Shown here in pieces: positions 13,767-27,230 of a stretch of DNA of 64,000 nucleotides. The notes under the pieces were generated by a model that was not told where the DNA came from, searched no databases, and worked only from the letters and a program-made list of their open reading frames with translations. Source of the stretch: Octopus vulgaris (taxonomy: Eukaryota); assembly GCA_951406725.2 (NCBI GenBank), contig OX597815.1:147188001-147252000 (forward strand), written 5' to 3'. The first letter of the stretch is position 1; each line of letters starts with the position of its first letter. The position numbers and the translations under genes were made by a program.

Positions 13767-13928
13767 ATCAGAATGAATATTTAACATTCTACTATTTCAT
13801 TTTATTTTATTCAATTATAATATATTATCTTATAATATATCATTATAATATTGTAAATAAAACACGAAAATCAGACAAGGTTGGAATTCTTTTTATTAAT
13901 ATATTCTTCTATACACAATCACACACAC

Positions 13929-13966
<38 letters not shown>

Positions 13967-14039
13967 ACATGTATACATATGTCTGGTTGTTTTCTACCCC
14001 TCATGCACAGTTTGACCACTTACTGCACCTGAGTTTTAG

Positions 14040-14450
14040 AACCATCATAGCATTTGATCTGGCTTTTTCCATTTCAACGAGACAATGTTTTAAAAAGATG
14101 CCCACATAGGTTGCATACCCGATATGGATCACGAAGAGCTGCAGTTAAATTCTTTGTGGATCTTGCAATATCTTTTGAAGCCTTCGTTAGATTTGCAGAC
14201 CTTCTGAGATACATTGCAATGAAAGATATGCAGAGACATATAGGCACAATAGTTGGTGGAGGATCGATTCCATGGATTCGCAGATGAGAATTGAGCCCAG
14301 GAAAAGAAAGGTATGGTCTGACACAAACTGCACATAAAAGCTTCATTGTGATTCATCTTCTCGATCGTAACACTATTCTTTAAATCTTACTTGAATCTTG
14401 CATGCGATATCCTGGCCTCTTCAAATGCTTTCACTCCAGTGCTCACCAGG
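14040..14450 (-). mobile_element. RTE-like LINE 3' remnant ending in several C2H2-like fingers
   Basis: GVKAFEEARISH...FMCSLC/RPYLSFPGLNSHLRIH, then further C-x2-C...H units (VCKSNEGFKRYCKIH, CNLCGHLFKT); frameshifted. Confidence 0.6.
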
Positions 14451-15379
14451 CATACATACATATATATATGTGTGTGTGTATGTGTGTGTATGTGTGTGCG
14501 TGTGTGTGCGAGTATAAAAATATATACGTGTACATATGTGCATAGGTATATAGATATATAAACATATATTTATTGAAGCATGAAAACGCACACAAAGACA
14601 CATAAAGTCATACACAGACACATAAAGGCATGCACAGACACATACATACACAAACACACACACACACACACATTTACACACACATATATGTTATGCAAAT
14701 AAGAACATATTATACAACCCATCATTTTGAAACTTAGCCGACTTCTACTATAATATTAAGTATTAAATTGTGTCTAACTATTGAAAATATTTAGATATGG
14801 CCATAAGTTTATTGTAAGTTTGACTCAATCTCCTCCATCACCTTATTTAATATAGAATATTAGTGTTCAATAATCTAATTTTATCCTTACTTCATCCGTT
14901 TAACGATTTCCTTCACAATTTTATTTCCAATTTATCTTCACTATCGAATGATTTGTATTTGTGTTGGTATATACACCCATCAAACTCGTCTTATATTGAA
15001 ATCTACAGATGTCTCAAAATTAGTATTGAAGTAGTAATGACATTTAACATGGGCACATGAGCAGAAATTTGTGTTGAGGTGGTAATCGATCAAATCGAAA
15101 TCTGTATTTGTCTGTAATCTGATCTATGTAGTCCGGGAGGATGAAAAGCAATGTCAACTACGTGGGGTTCGGATTCCAAACTTATGGGGTCGAAACGATA
15201 ACGCGAGAAATTTTGATTTACTTTAAAGGTTGGTCCGAGAGTCTCAACCACTTTTCATATTGTAAAAATACTTGCATGTAAATTTGGCGAGAGGAGAGCC
15301 GTTGACTGGTGTTTTATTAAATCCGCTTGAAAGGTCAGAAGCAATGGTGATCTTGTGTGCTTCTTGCTACTCCCCCTTC

Positions 15380-15790
15380 TGCTTCTTCATGCTCCAGTTT
15401 GATGAGATTAGGTCATTCAAGCTTAGATGTCCATATAAATCATCGACCGTGTCCATCGATTTTTTTTCCATCACTAGCGGTTCTGTGCATCCTCCAAGAC
15501 GACACTGAACCTCTGGAAATCTACCCCAATCACGTCTAGCCGTCTGGTGCTAGGCCTGCTTTTATGGAATGAGAGTAAGGCTCTGTTAGGACGACGTGGG
15601 GTAATCAGACGTCATATCCATACCATTGCATGCGGAGGATATCTATGAGGTGGGATGCAGTGGGCTTTTGCGTGTTTGGACTCAGTTCTTTCTTGGAAAC
15701 GTGATGAAGCCATCTGATCAGCGTGATTTGAATTCACAAGATAAAAATTCCAGAAGCACCGCGTGACAGTTCAACCTTCACGCAAAATAT
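15380..15790 (-). mobile_element. Degraded LINE (RTE-like) 3' end
   Basis: Fragments MQWYG...RPSTRRLDVIGVDFQRFSVVLEDAQNR..WKK. Confidence 0.45.
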
Positions 15791-15904
15791 TCTTCCAGCT
15801 CGCCACATGTCTGATAACAAACAACAGATAAGGACCGACGACGACAACAACAACAACAGCAACAAAAATAAAACAGCAACAACAACAACGTAAAAAGTGA
15901 TAAT

Positions 15905-16110
15905 GGTTTAAAATTTTGGCACAGGGAAATAGCTGTTGAGCGGAAGAATGAGTCGATTACATCGACTCCAGTATGTGACCGGTATTTGTTTTGCTGACTC
16001 CAAAAGGATGAAGGGCAACGTTAAACTCGGTGGAATTTGAGTTTAGACAGCAAAGACGAACAAAACAACTCTCACCACTTTGTCCAACGTGCTAACAATT
16101 TTGCCTCAAT
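15905..16110 (-). mobile_element. SINE family A copy
   Basis: GTCGATTACATCGACTCCAGT...GGATGAAGGGC...GGAATTTGA. Confidence 0.7.
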
Positions 16111-17112
16111 CTTAAAAATGATGAATGTAATTAGCGTAAATGCATCAAACTGTTTATTTAGCGTGGTGGGTCGACAGAATCGTTAGAGAGTGTGAAAAAA
16201 TTACTTGAACTAGTGACTAGTCTTTATATTTCCTGCAGAAATCCTACCGATTTTAGCTACGTCTTTTATTTGTCCTAGGCAATGCTACAGAGACATAATG
16301 CTACAGAGACATAATGGAGTTAATTTAATCGCTTTATAAATCGTTATCAACATGCAACTTGCTTTATTGATAAAGTTAAAACACAAGTGTCCGTTTAAAC
16401 GATGGTGCAATGATTAGTGTATTCCAGTGCTACATCAACCTTTTCCACCAAGAATAATCTAATTTTTCATCTGGGTATTGCCAATAAAACACCCTACATA
16501 TCCCATCATTTACTCTCTTTAAAAAACAGATAGCGAGAAAACAAGGAAATTTGCCAGTATCTTTCGTTTCAATAGCTGTATATTTCCTATAAGAATCTAA
16601 TGAATCTTTGCATTAAATTATTTCCTTGTAAAAACTGACTTTAGGAAATGGTTAGAATGCTCAGTCAAGTGTAAATAAATTCTGAATTCAAAGCACGCCA
16701 ATATCATTTAATCTGAATACATCCTTTTTTTTTATCTTTAAGGGACAGGGTAATAAAATATTTATAAAGGAGAGTATACATGGACTGTTGTTAAATATAG
16801 AATTACATTCATTCTGTAACAAAAGATCAAGTGAAAATCCTTATGACTATTTGAATCTAAACGTATTTTGATTTACAGTTCAGATAGATAAGTGTGCTAT
16901 TTAGTTTTCCTTGTACTCAGAATGTCAGTTTGTGTTTGTTTTCCCTATTAATTGGATGAAACACAGCTGTCGGAAAAATATACTGATAGGAGCATACATA
17001 AGTGAAATATAGAAATTAGAAGTATGGCCAAATAATAAAAATGCGATTGATAATTCTAATAATAACAATAATAATAATGCTTAACACACACACACATATA
17101 TATACACGCGCC

Positions 17113-17165
<53 letters not shown>

Positions 17166-17169
17166 GGGA

Positions 17170-17365
17170 GAGAGCTGATGAAACTATGGGAGACCAACAC
17201 TACAATTATCAGTGTAGTAATAGATACGCCTGGTACAACACCAGAAATATTACCTGACTGACTGCAAGTAATTGGAATTGAAACTTGGATTGTCGACCGG
17301 CCTTTATTCTGGAAAAATCTGAAGAAAGATTCTTGAGATTTGAGGAGACTTGACATCAAACCACA
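17170..17365 (+). mobile_element. Old R4/Dong-type RLE C-terminal remnant
   Basis: KLWETNTTIISVVIDTPGTTPEIL..LQVIGIETWI...RKILEI*GDL. Confidence 0.5.
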
Positions 17366-17786
17366 AGTTTGCAGTAGCATAATAGATATTAATGTACAAT
17401 AAATGAAATAATGAAATTTTCAATCATTTAAGTTAAAATATCTGGCAAAGTACGAAATATTAGAAAATTGGGTGAAAGGTATAATTATGAATTAAAAAAA
17501 AAAATTGAAGTTGAAATATGCCACATTAAAACTATAAATATTAATGTAACTTTGTATAATTTTAAAATATAACATTGAAATGTTACGCAATGTATAAAAA
17601 TCTTGTAAGTGTTAAAAATATGTATAGTATGTAACTAGATGTGACGAAGGGTGGCATATCAACACATAGGATGCCAGAAATAGCTAACTACAATAAATGT
17701 AATATATGGGTGAAAGTGACGTAAATAGCTACGGGGTTATGTTTTGGAGTGATACGATAGAAATATAAGTACCAATTTAAACAGTA

Positions 17787-17858
<72 letters not shown>

Positions 17859-17859
17859 C

Positions 17860-18070
17860 GTGTGTGCATATGTTTGTGTGTCTGTTTTTGACCCCAAGCA
17901 TCGCTTGACAACCGATGCTGGTTTGTCCCCATAACTTAGCGTTTCGGCGAAAAAGAGCGATAGAATAAGTACTAGGCTTACAAAGAATAAGTCCTGGGTT
18001 CGATTTGCTCGACTAAAAGGCGGTGATCCAGCTTGGCCACAGTCAAATGACTGAAACAAGTAAAAGAGTA
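17860..18070 (+). mobile_element. SINE family B, 3' half
   Basis: CATCGCTTGACAACCGATGCTGG...GATAGAATAAGTACTAGGCTTACAAAGAATAAGTCC...GGCCACAGTCAAATGACTGAAACAAG. Confidence 0.8.
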
Positions 18071-18896
18071 ACAGTAGATATGACATCATTATCACTGTGA
18101 TACTAGTTTCTAACTATGTGTTTTTTTTCATGCTAGTATAGACTATAGTCGAATGCGACCAAATTAGGGGAATAAAGAGATTGACCAACCAGTTAAACGA
18201 CATAGTCAGGCACAGCAGCCATTGAAACGAGGGACTTGTGTGCTGGAGCAGATTTCTTCGGTGTTCATATTTGTTAGCCTTTCGTCTCAGCAAGTTGACA
18301 TAGTACTTTCTAATGATAATGTGGGTCCTTTAAAGATAGGACAATGAGCGCAATACTCATTTGCCCCTAAAACTGAAGCCATCTCCGCAGATGAAATCCT
18401 CTTCTCATACTTTAGAACAGATGAAGAGGGGGTGTTTCCTCGGCATAGATTACCTCTTCGTCTCTCACTCCAGCTCATGAACCTAACACTCATTCTGTGT
18501 TAGGAGACGTGGAAAGAAACCAGCTTGATCTACTTCAAGTAATGTCGGATTTTCCCATTACATGATCAGCATGGTGTGTGTGTTTGCGAGTGTGTGTGCG
18601 TGTGTGTATGTATGTGTGCATGTGTGTGGATGTGTTCATGAGTATGTGTGTGTGTGTGTGTGTGTGTTTTGTCCCGCACCATCGTATCACTCCTTGACAA
18701 CTAGTGTTCATATGTTTAGGCCACGTTAACTTTGCGTTCGTCAAAAGAAACGGATAGAACAAGCACCAGGCGTAAAGAAAAATATTACCTCAGTCGATTC
18801 GTCTGAATAAAATTCTTTAAAACGTTGCCCCAGTATGGCCTCACACTAATGTACGAAACGTATAACAGTTACAAGGTATATATATATATATATATA

Positions 18897-18985
18897 GGGA
18901 AAGTTTACGAAAAATACAAAAGACGAAGACAGGTGGCATACAAAACAAACAGAAGTATTAGTATAACGCTCAGGAATAGAAAAAG

Positions 18986-18990
<5 letters not shown>
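18897..18990 (-). repeat. Truncated copy of the short TA-embedded HHR-carrier family (HHR missing)
   Basis: Aligns by eye with 59012-59100 (GGGAAAGTTTACGAAAA..AAAAGACGAAG.CAGGTGG..GTATTAGTAT..CGCTCAGGAATA). Confidence 0.7.
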
Positions 18991-19045
<55 letters not shown>

Positions 19046-20369
19046 CATACACATATGTATTTGTGTGTGTCTGTGTTTTTGTGTACCTATATATGATAAT
19101 AATAAAAACGCAGTATTGGCAATTTGTGTCAGTGCGATATTCAGTGAGTAAAAGAATGACGTATTAAGTGCTTCGGATTATTTATTATTCAACGAAGTAA
19201 GGTGTTAGAAAAGAATAACAGAAAGTAAAAATAACAAAATATACGTGTCCTTTCGAAAAACGTATTTTCGAGTAATAAAAGAACTACGAAAAAAAGAGGA
19301 AATACAGTTCTAAGCCTTTATAAAAAGTCTTGCTTTGATACTGTTAATTCTTATTATGCGCCAGTCTTTATTTTTAATTCTTTGTGTAGCTGAGTCAATC
19401 CACTGCTGATTTCATATATTGGATCGTAATCTGCTCCATGTGCAATCCTTATTTACTACTAAATCGATTTCCATCATATCTATAATTCAAATATACCAAG
19501 AAGAATCTTGCTTACTCTGTATGCCTTATCCCTCAATGTATTTTTCGTATGGTATAATCGGAAAATCTGATCTGACATAGCTTTTTCAGTGCACCACTAT
19601 CAGCCAATCTTTACTTTGTCATAAATTATCCTCTCATTATCCATTGCAATAAATACCTTCGCAACACATATCACTGTGCTTTTCTATTATTTTCCAGACC
19701 AGTATTTCCATTGCTGTAATATTTTGCCCGCCGCTGTCGGCATGCACGTGTTGAGCGACATTGTTATCGCATTACCTTGCGAAGTCAAGGGAAAAGCTAT
19801 GTCTTCCAAACAATTCTCATAATAAAAATCAAAATCAATGGCATGTTTTACATCGTATAATTTGCACTTTAAGTTATATAAAGTCATCATTCTTCTGGTA
19901 ATATTGTTCGAATGCAATTTAACATTTGTTTGGTGAATGTAAAATGCAATGATAAACTGTAATAATATGTAAATATGCTATGTTGCAATAACAATAGAAA
20001 TAGATTAATCTCTACGAAATACAGACACAAAACTAAAAATAGCCTTGTATACTATTATCTCTGCTGTCTAAAAGTAGTCGTCAGCAGATCTTTCAATGAA
20101 TTAAAGCCTGAAATAAATTGACTTTCATCTTGGTTTATTCTATAGTACAATTATAGAGACTGTGACCTTCGGTAATTCGTAGCATGCAATTTGTTTGTCA
20201 TACTAAATGATGTATTTTGTATTGAGTCACAATAAATCGTGTAAGAATAAACGGCTTTTCTAATGTCGATGGTGGATGAAGTAATCCTTTTATGTCAAAA
20301 ACATTCTGAGGTTATCGTATGGTTAGTATAATTGCTGAAATTTATGAGAATGCTTCGGTGTGCTGGAGC

Positions 20370-20770
20370 AAGGTGGCGAGCTGGTTGAATCGTTAGCCAG
20401 TAACATTCATTGCGGCATTTCGTTCACTGAGCTCTGAGTTCAAATTACAGCGATATCGTTTTTGCCTCTCATATTTGTGCAATGATAAAATAAGTACCCG
20501 TTGATTATTGGGGTCAATGTAATCGATATACACTTCGCACAAATTGGTAGCCTTGTACCAAAATTTGAAATCAATATCTAGGATGAGATAAGGTGGCGAG
20601 CTGAGAGAATCGCTAGCGCTACAGGCGAAATGCTTAGCGGCTTTTCGTCCGTCTTTAGGTTCTGAGTTCTGATTCCTTTCATTCTTTCGGGGTCGATCAA
20701 ATAAGTTGAATACTGGGATAAACGTAACCATCTCCGAACTTACTGGCTCTGTGTCTAAATTTGAAACCGA
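20370..20770 (+). mobile_element. Two tandem SINE family A copies
   Basis: Both start AAGGTGGCGAGCTG..GAATCG.TAGC, with TGAGTTC B-box-like region and GGGGTC.AT. Confidence 0.8.
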
Positions 20771-21499
20771 TACCTCGAATGGCTTATTCTAGGACTTTTG
20801 AATATATACCTAAATAGTGTTATTCTGTGATGCTGCATCTGTTAAAAATTTGAATTATCCCTTCCAGCGATAGGAGTTCCTTGCTTATGTTTATTATTTC
20901 CTCAGGCCATAAAGCGGTTGAGTTTCAGGTAATCTATGTAGTTGTTGTGGTTTCCAACGGATTGTTGTTTAGTTTAAAATCATGTATCTTGCATTTCGTA
21001 TTTTTGTTTTGGTGCAGTTGTTTAAATTTGGAAACGTACGTAATGATTTTTATTGCTTTGGAGTGGAATAGTTACTTCAACATGTCATTGAAGCATGTGT
21101 TGCAATGTGGCATTTCATATTAGGTTGGTGACGAAGCAAATTGCATCGTAGAATGTTTTGTGTGTTTGTTTGCGTACTTGGCTAAATATTTACATTTCTG
21201 ATATAATTTATTTTTTTACTTGTTTAATTTTTCGCGTAGTATAGTAAAGTACATAAATCTCTGATTAAGGAGCATATGAAAAATGTATTTCATTAAATTC
21301 GTATACTTTTGATGTAAAAGCATCTTGTATTGTAAGTGTTCTGCTGTCGTGTCAGCTCATGCACATGCTAGTATACGAGTGTAAATGTATATGTCTGCGT
21401 ACGCATGAGTATTTGTGTTTGAGTGTGTATGCGCCTTAGTGTGTGTTACTTTGTGGTAGCATATGGCGCATGATGTGTTTGTTGTATATGCCCCTTTTC

Positions 21500-22860
21500 T
21501 TGTCCATATATTGTTTATTCTGGATCTTAATGTCATGGAGCTCTGCGAATCTTTCCAGCCTTCCAGGTAACAATTTATTGTTTCTTAACAACTTTTGTAC
21601 CCTGCTTCATCTTACAGTTTACGTTCTTTTTGGTTGAGTAGCTTGGTTCATTCATCAAAATTAAACAGTTCTCGTTCTCAATAAACTCGAGAGTTTCGCA
21701 TCTCAGCGAGTGATAAGTTCTTCCAAACATTTTCAGCTTTTTATTATTTTTTTGCACATATTTTCCAGGAATCCCTCTCGATCGAAATCAGTAGCGATAA
21801 TATCTGCGATTTCCCCATAGAAAATGAAGTTAATGAGCGATTAGCCAGTTGAAACTTGCTCTGATGATTCTAAAAACCGAAATAGTCAGGGGTGACTGGA
21901 ATATTTTCGAGAGCAGATATTCTGGAGGCCAGTGGTAATCTGGTGCTAAACGAAGATAATATTTTACTTCTAGGATTGAAGCATATATTTTCTACTAGAA
22001 ATATTTTATGAGTTTGGAAAACTTCACGTTGAATTATGTGGTTGTAGTACCCATTAACATGAGAACAGCATGGTGGAGATACTGTAACAGCTCGACGGTA
22101 GACGAGTAGGCGTTTGCCCAAGGAAATCTGAAATGAGATTAAGCAACGAATTTTCATATTATTTTCTGAAAGTGAGTGCACCGTTGTTAAAAAAATTCGG
22201 GATTAAAAATACAGAAATCTAGCACATGTTTGTTGAAAGTCGGCTCTTCCAGATTCTGGCATTGCTGATATATGGATACAGTTCCTCGCTTTATTTAACC
22301 TTTAAAGATATTTTGGAAGTTTCCTTCTGGTGGATGGAACAATGTAGATTGACACGTTATCTGCATTTATGTGTGTGGAGAAAGATTAGTTGACATGATT
22401 GATGTTGCATAGCTCTGAATCACTCAGCAACTATCTAAATTGAGAAATGCAGATCTTTAAATACTGGTCAGTATTTTCTCCCACAAGTTTTTGTTGCTGG
22501 CATGTTCCATAAGAGCTGTCCAGGAGAGAACATGGTTGCAATTATTGTAGAAGTTATTGAGTTCTTAATCCATTTTTTTTTTGTCTTACTTCTAGCTCCT
22601 TGTACGGTTCAAGATTGACTAAATGAAAGATTCGCTAAAATCCCCATGAGTTTGCAAAATATTCCGTGAAAGAAAAGATAATAGAGTTCTAAATATAAGA
22701 GATGAGGAATTATGTAGATTATTTACAATATTTACACTTGACGAATATTTGTCTTCATCTTGTGTTGTTAACACAACGTTTCGGTTTATATACACTCCAG
22801 CCTTCAAAAGGTGTCTTGGGGAAATTTCGAACCTGGGTTTTCATTCCTAAGATATCTTTC
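21500..22860 (-). mobile_element. Possible 5' part of a decayed PLE (pseudo-LTR with HHR remnant followed by N-terminal ORF debris)
   Basis: HHR remnant at 22770-22815, then fragments such as MFSPGQLLWNMP and KLPKYL*RLN; no RT motif seen. Confidence 0.3.
22770..22815 (-). ncRNA. Degenerate minimal hammerhead
   Basis: GACAC-CTTTTGA-A-GGCTG...TAAACC-GAAA-CG-T-T-GTGTT: stem I and GAAACGT retained, core positions 5-6 mutated. Confidence 0.5.
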
Positions 22861-22936
22861 GCTGTTATTATTGTCATCATCATCATCATCATTATCATCA
22901 TCATCATCATCATCATCATCATTATTATTATTATTC

Positions 22937-24215
22937 AGTAGTTTTATTTTTATAGCGTGCTTTCACTTCACTACCGAGCGCAGCTCTGTGTGCCTTGGGT
23001 ATGTGCTGTGATTTGTTGTGATGCTCTGATGGTTATTGTATGGAAAGTGTTCTGTGTAGAATGTGTGCAGTGCCTAGTAGTGCAATTTTCTGTATGTTAT
23101 ATGTGTTTGAAAGTCCTGGTGTTTTTGTTATGTATTTTTCTGAATATTTTTTTATCATGCCTAATGCACCTACTATGATAGGAATTGTTCCTGTTTTCAG
23201 ATTCTACATTCTAGTTACCTCTATTTCCAGGTCTTTGTATTTTGAGAGTTTCTCCATTTCTTTTAGAGACACGTTGTCATCTGCCGGTATTGATACATCA
23301 ATTAGAAAGCATTTTTTTCTTCATGATCTCTGACAACTATATCTGGTCTGTTGGCCTTAATTTCTCTATCTGTGTGTATCGGCATATCCCAGAGTATGGT
23401 TGCTTTCTCATTTTCTGTGACCTTTTCTGGTGTGTGCCTATACCATCTTTTTCTGTTGTTATTCCATAATGTTGGCATAGCTTCAAATGTATGCAGGTTC
23501 CAACTCTCTCATGTCTGTGAATTTTTTCCTTCTTAGCCAGGACTGGGCAGCTAGAGATAATATGATTTATTGTTTCTTGTCCATCTCCACATATTCTGCA
23601 GTTACTTGTAATATTTCTTTTCATTACATGTATTTGGTAATTTCTGGTGGGGAAGCTTTGGTCTTGTGCTGCAATTAAAAATCCCTCTGTCTCTGCTTTG
23701 AGTCCTGAGCTTCTCAACCATTGCTGGGATTTTTCTTTGTCTATTTCTTTTGCGTTTAGTTTAGTCCAGTATTTACCATGAAGGGGCTTTTCTTGCCATC
23801 GTTTTATCATGGTTCGTTGCTATTCTATTTTTAGTTTGGATTTCATTTGTTTTATAGCTTTTGTTGTTTCTTCATCTTCTTCTTCTTCTTCTTCTTCTTC
23901 TTCTTCTTCTTCTTCTTCTTCTTCTTCTTCTTCTTCTTCTTCTTCTTCTTCTTCTTCTTCATGTTTATTAGGTGGTATGATTTCTTGTTTGTATGTGTCA
24001 GCTTCCTTAAATACTGAGAACAGTTTTTTGTTTTGCTCGTGTTTTGCCGCTATCTGGATCAGTTTTCCTTCCTTCTGAAGTAGATATTTTTGCAGTCCTA
24101 TGGTGGTTATTTTATAGTAGTTTTCCAGCTGTATAAGGCCTCTACCACCTTCTATACTTTGTATATATAGTATTTCTATGTCAGATTTTGGGTGATGCAT
24201 CCTAGATCCTGTCAT
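22937..24215 (-). mobile_element. 5'-truncated R4/Dong-clade retrotransposon (RT C-terminus, CCHC knuckle, RLE, 3' UTR)
   Basis: HHPKSDIEILY..EGGRGL, WQEKPLHG, LKAETEGFLIAAQDQ, CRICG..ETINHIISSC, RPDIV; ATT/TAA arrays on both sides; in-frame (GAA)n at 23870-23960. Confidence 0.92.
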
Positions 24216-24249
24216 TATTTTATTAATATTATTATTATTATGATTATTA

Positions 24250-24348
<99 letters not shown>

Positions 24349-24349
24349 G

Positions 24350-24610
24350 GTTGTTGTGTCTTAGCATATTTGCTGCTTCATTTAGTTTTCGTATTTTCCA
24401 GGGGTGTTCTCTGTCTATTATTCAAACTTCATCCCACAGGGGAAGGTGATCTCCATTTTTCCATGCATGATCAGCTATAACCGATTTATATCTCCTCGTG
24501 TTACAGCTTTACGATGTTCCCTCTACCTTTATTTTGAGGGGGCAGCATGTTTCGCCACTGTATAAACTACCACAGCTGCATGGGATGGAGTACACGCAGT
24601 TTTGGACATA
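24350..24610 (-). mobile_element. PLE GIY-YIG endonuclease remnant
   Basis: CVYSIPCSCGSLYSGETCCPL...HRKAV...SVIADHAWKNGDH..WDEV*IIDREHPWKIRKLNEA. Confidence 0.8.
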
Positions 24611-27080
24611 ATCGAAATAAATAAAATAGACGTTTATGGGCACATTCTACTATACTTCACTTATCTTTACAAATATTGCTCAAGGCAGGGAAATATGTCT
24701 GATCATTAACCTGATGATGAACTAATGTACTCTTACTTGAGGAATAACACCACTAAACTATTTAGCTGTTAATGGCACGGAAGCACCTAATGAAACTCAG
24801 GTTCTATGAAAGCTAAAGTAAAATAGACATATTTAGCGTATCATTGTGTAACACATCTCATTTGCAGCTGCTTCAAGTAGAATAACCTTTCATTTTCAAT
24901 CAGGACTTGCGCCTGCATAGAGGCTATATGTGTACTTCTGCCGGACATTCCTCTAAATCTTCTCTTTATTTCATGAATCTCTGAAGAGGCCACAATGAAT
25001 TAACATAATGCTGTAATTCTAACTCTTAGAAATAAAAGCAAAATTTCCCTGGAAATACAGGTTTACTTCGTAAGCAGAGAAAGAACATTTTATGTAGCGG
25101 TACATACTCTGAATTGGTGACGGCTGGAATATATATGAATATAAAAGTCTTCTGGGATTTAGTGTTGACCTAAATGAAGATAGGCTTTCACTTCCAAAAT
25201 GTTGAAACAATTCTCAGAAACATTTGTGTTAAATAACGTGGTCTTCAGTTCCCTGTATATGGAGAGAGGGCACAACAGTGAAGTTTGATCTGATTTGACC
25301 ATACGTCTCTTGAGTCAGGGCACAGTATGAGTAAACTACAATAATCACCCATTCTGTTCTGAATACTGTTACAATTAAATAGAGAACTGGACTGGGAATT
25401 GGACTGAACTTTTAATGAAATCCTTGCCTAGTTTTCCAAAATGCGAAGAATGGGCACATTAAACAATATATTCTTAAACTGAACTATGATGATTACGACT
25501 GAAAAGACTTCGATCATGGAACTAGCCGGCCATTGCTGACTTTGTCTAAAGTACATCAACAATATCAAAACAACCTCAACAAAAACACAAATCAATGTAA
25601 AGTTTTCTGTTTATTTATTCCTTGAGGTGCCAAAATTTTCATCGAACCACAGAGAACTCGTCATTACAACATTTCAACTATAGCTAATTCAAAAATGAGT
25701 TTAATAATTTGGTTGTTTTTAGTTCGCCGGTTCAATACGTAATTGCTTCAGTGTCAAAACACAGTCTCACATGAAATCACTTGCGAAACAATTACATTCA
25801 CAAAATAATAATGCTGGTTAAAGGAATATGGAAATAAACCTTTTGTTTATTTTAAAAGCATCTATTTTATTATCCGTTCAACCCAGTGAGCTTTGAATTT
25901 TCAAACATACGTGGAAAGTCGAATACTCAAATTGTGAATGGTAAATAATTTTAGACAGTCTATGGGGTTAAGAAACTTGATATCGGATTGAGCCATACAG
26001 CGCGGACGAGGGTCTTTTAATATAACCCCGTGCAGATCAGTGCCTTACGAATGAATTTGATAGATAAAAACTGAAAGAAACACGTATACATACGTACTCA
26101 CATATACGTACATACACACAAACATATATATGTTTCTGTGCGTATCCTGCCGTCTTTTTCCCGTTCACCGCTTGAAAATCGGTATGGCTTTGATTATGTT
26201 CCCGTAGCTTAATTATTTGGCATAATAGTGGTAGAATGAATAGTAACTTTAGAAAATAATGGGGACGATTTACTTGACAAAACCCATTAAATAAGGAGGT
26301 CCGCAGCGTGGCTGAGGTCCAAACCCTATAAAAAGTAACAGATAAGAGAGAAAAGATAGAAGTCAGCGCAACGCATTTTTTCAAGTCATCTTATTGTTTT
26401 GCCGCATCCAGCAGCTTCATACTTCTATTGTATGACCGCGATTTTTCACATAATATGTTTCTGTTATCCTTTGTTCTGAAATGTTACTTCTCTTTGTTTC
26501 CGGGTATCTGGTGGGAAAATACCCCTTTTAATGTCCTTTCTCTCGTAACATATTTCACCTTATATAATCCGTTATTTCTCATATTCGAAAATCTGGTTTA
26601 TTTCTATATTTTTCTACGATTTACCACCTAGCAGGATATCTGTCTACTTTCAGTAAACATTTTATTCTACGTTCGTTATTTATCTATGATTCGTCTGATC
26701 CGTTTTGGTTATGTTTACTTAATTTCCTGTACTTTTGATTTATTCATTACTCTATGTTTATTATATGTCATTATATCATCGAACTTGTTTATTTGGTTAT
26801 GCTAATATTGTATTTCTGTTAATAGCGATAATTTCTGTCTGCTTGGTTAATGTTTTATTCTCTCATGTTTCTCATATTATATGCGTTATTTTTTGTCTTT
26901 ATTCTCTGATACGTTCTTTATCTAATATATTTGGTTTTATCCGGAATTATGCTAGCTGTTACATACACTATGTAATTTATATAGTTTATAAATGTATTTG
27001 AATATTTCAGATGCGAAAAATGTATTGCATGGTTTTATTCAAAAAGAAACTAAAAATCATAACTTTCATGTATGATGGTA

Positions 27081-27082
<2 letters not shown>

Positions 27083-27163
<81 letters not shown>

Positions 27164-27164
27164 G

Positions 27165-27229
<65 letters not shown>

Positions 27230-27230
27230 G
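27083..27230. repeat. (TATC)n/(TGTC)n microsatellite
   Basis: Direct reading. Confidence 0.95.

Larger units (their letters stand above)
10723..13900 (+). mobile_element. Penelope-like retroelement with intact ORF and 3' pseudo-LTR region, in a (TA)n context
   Basis: Frame open from 10723 to TAA 13227. The 3' region holds CCAAT/TATA-like motifs, an HHR and AATAAA (~13856). (TA)n at 10602-10628 and 13931-13960. Confidence 0.9.

Noticed and set aside
19300-19900. Possible piggyBac transposase debris on the minus strand (DYDPIYEI)
   Set aside because: One weak motif only; no TTAA/TIR seen.
24705-25030. CTGATGA (24711) and CTGAAGA (24981) motifs
   Set aside because: No convincing stem II + GAAA geometry.
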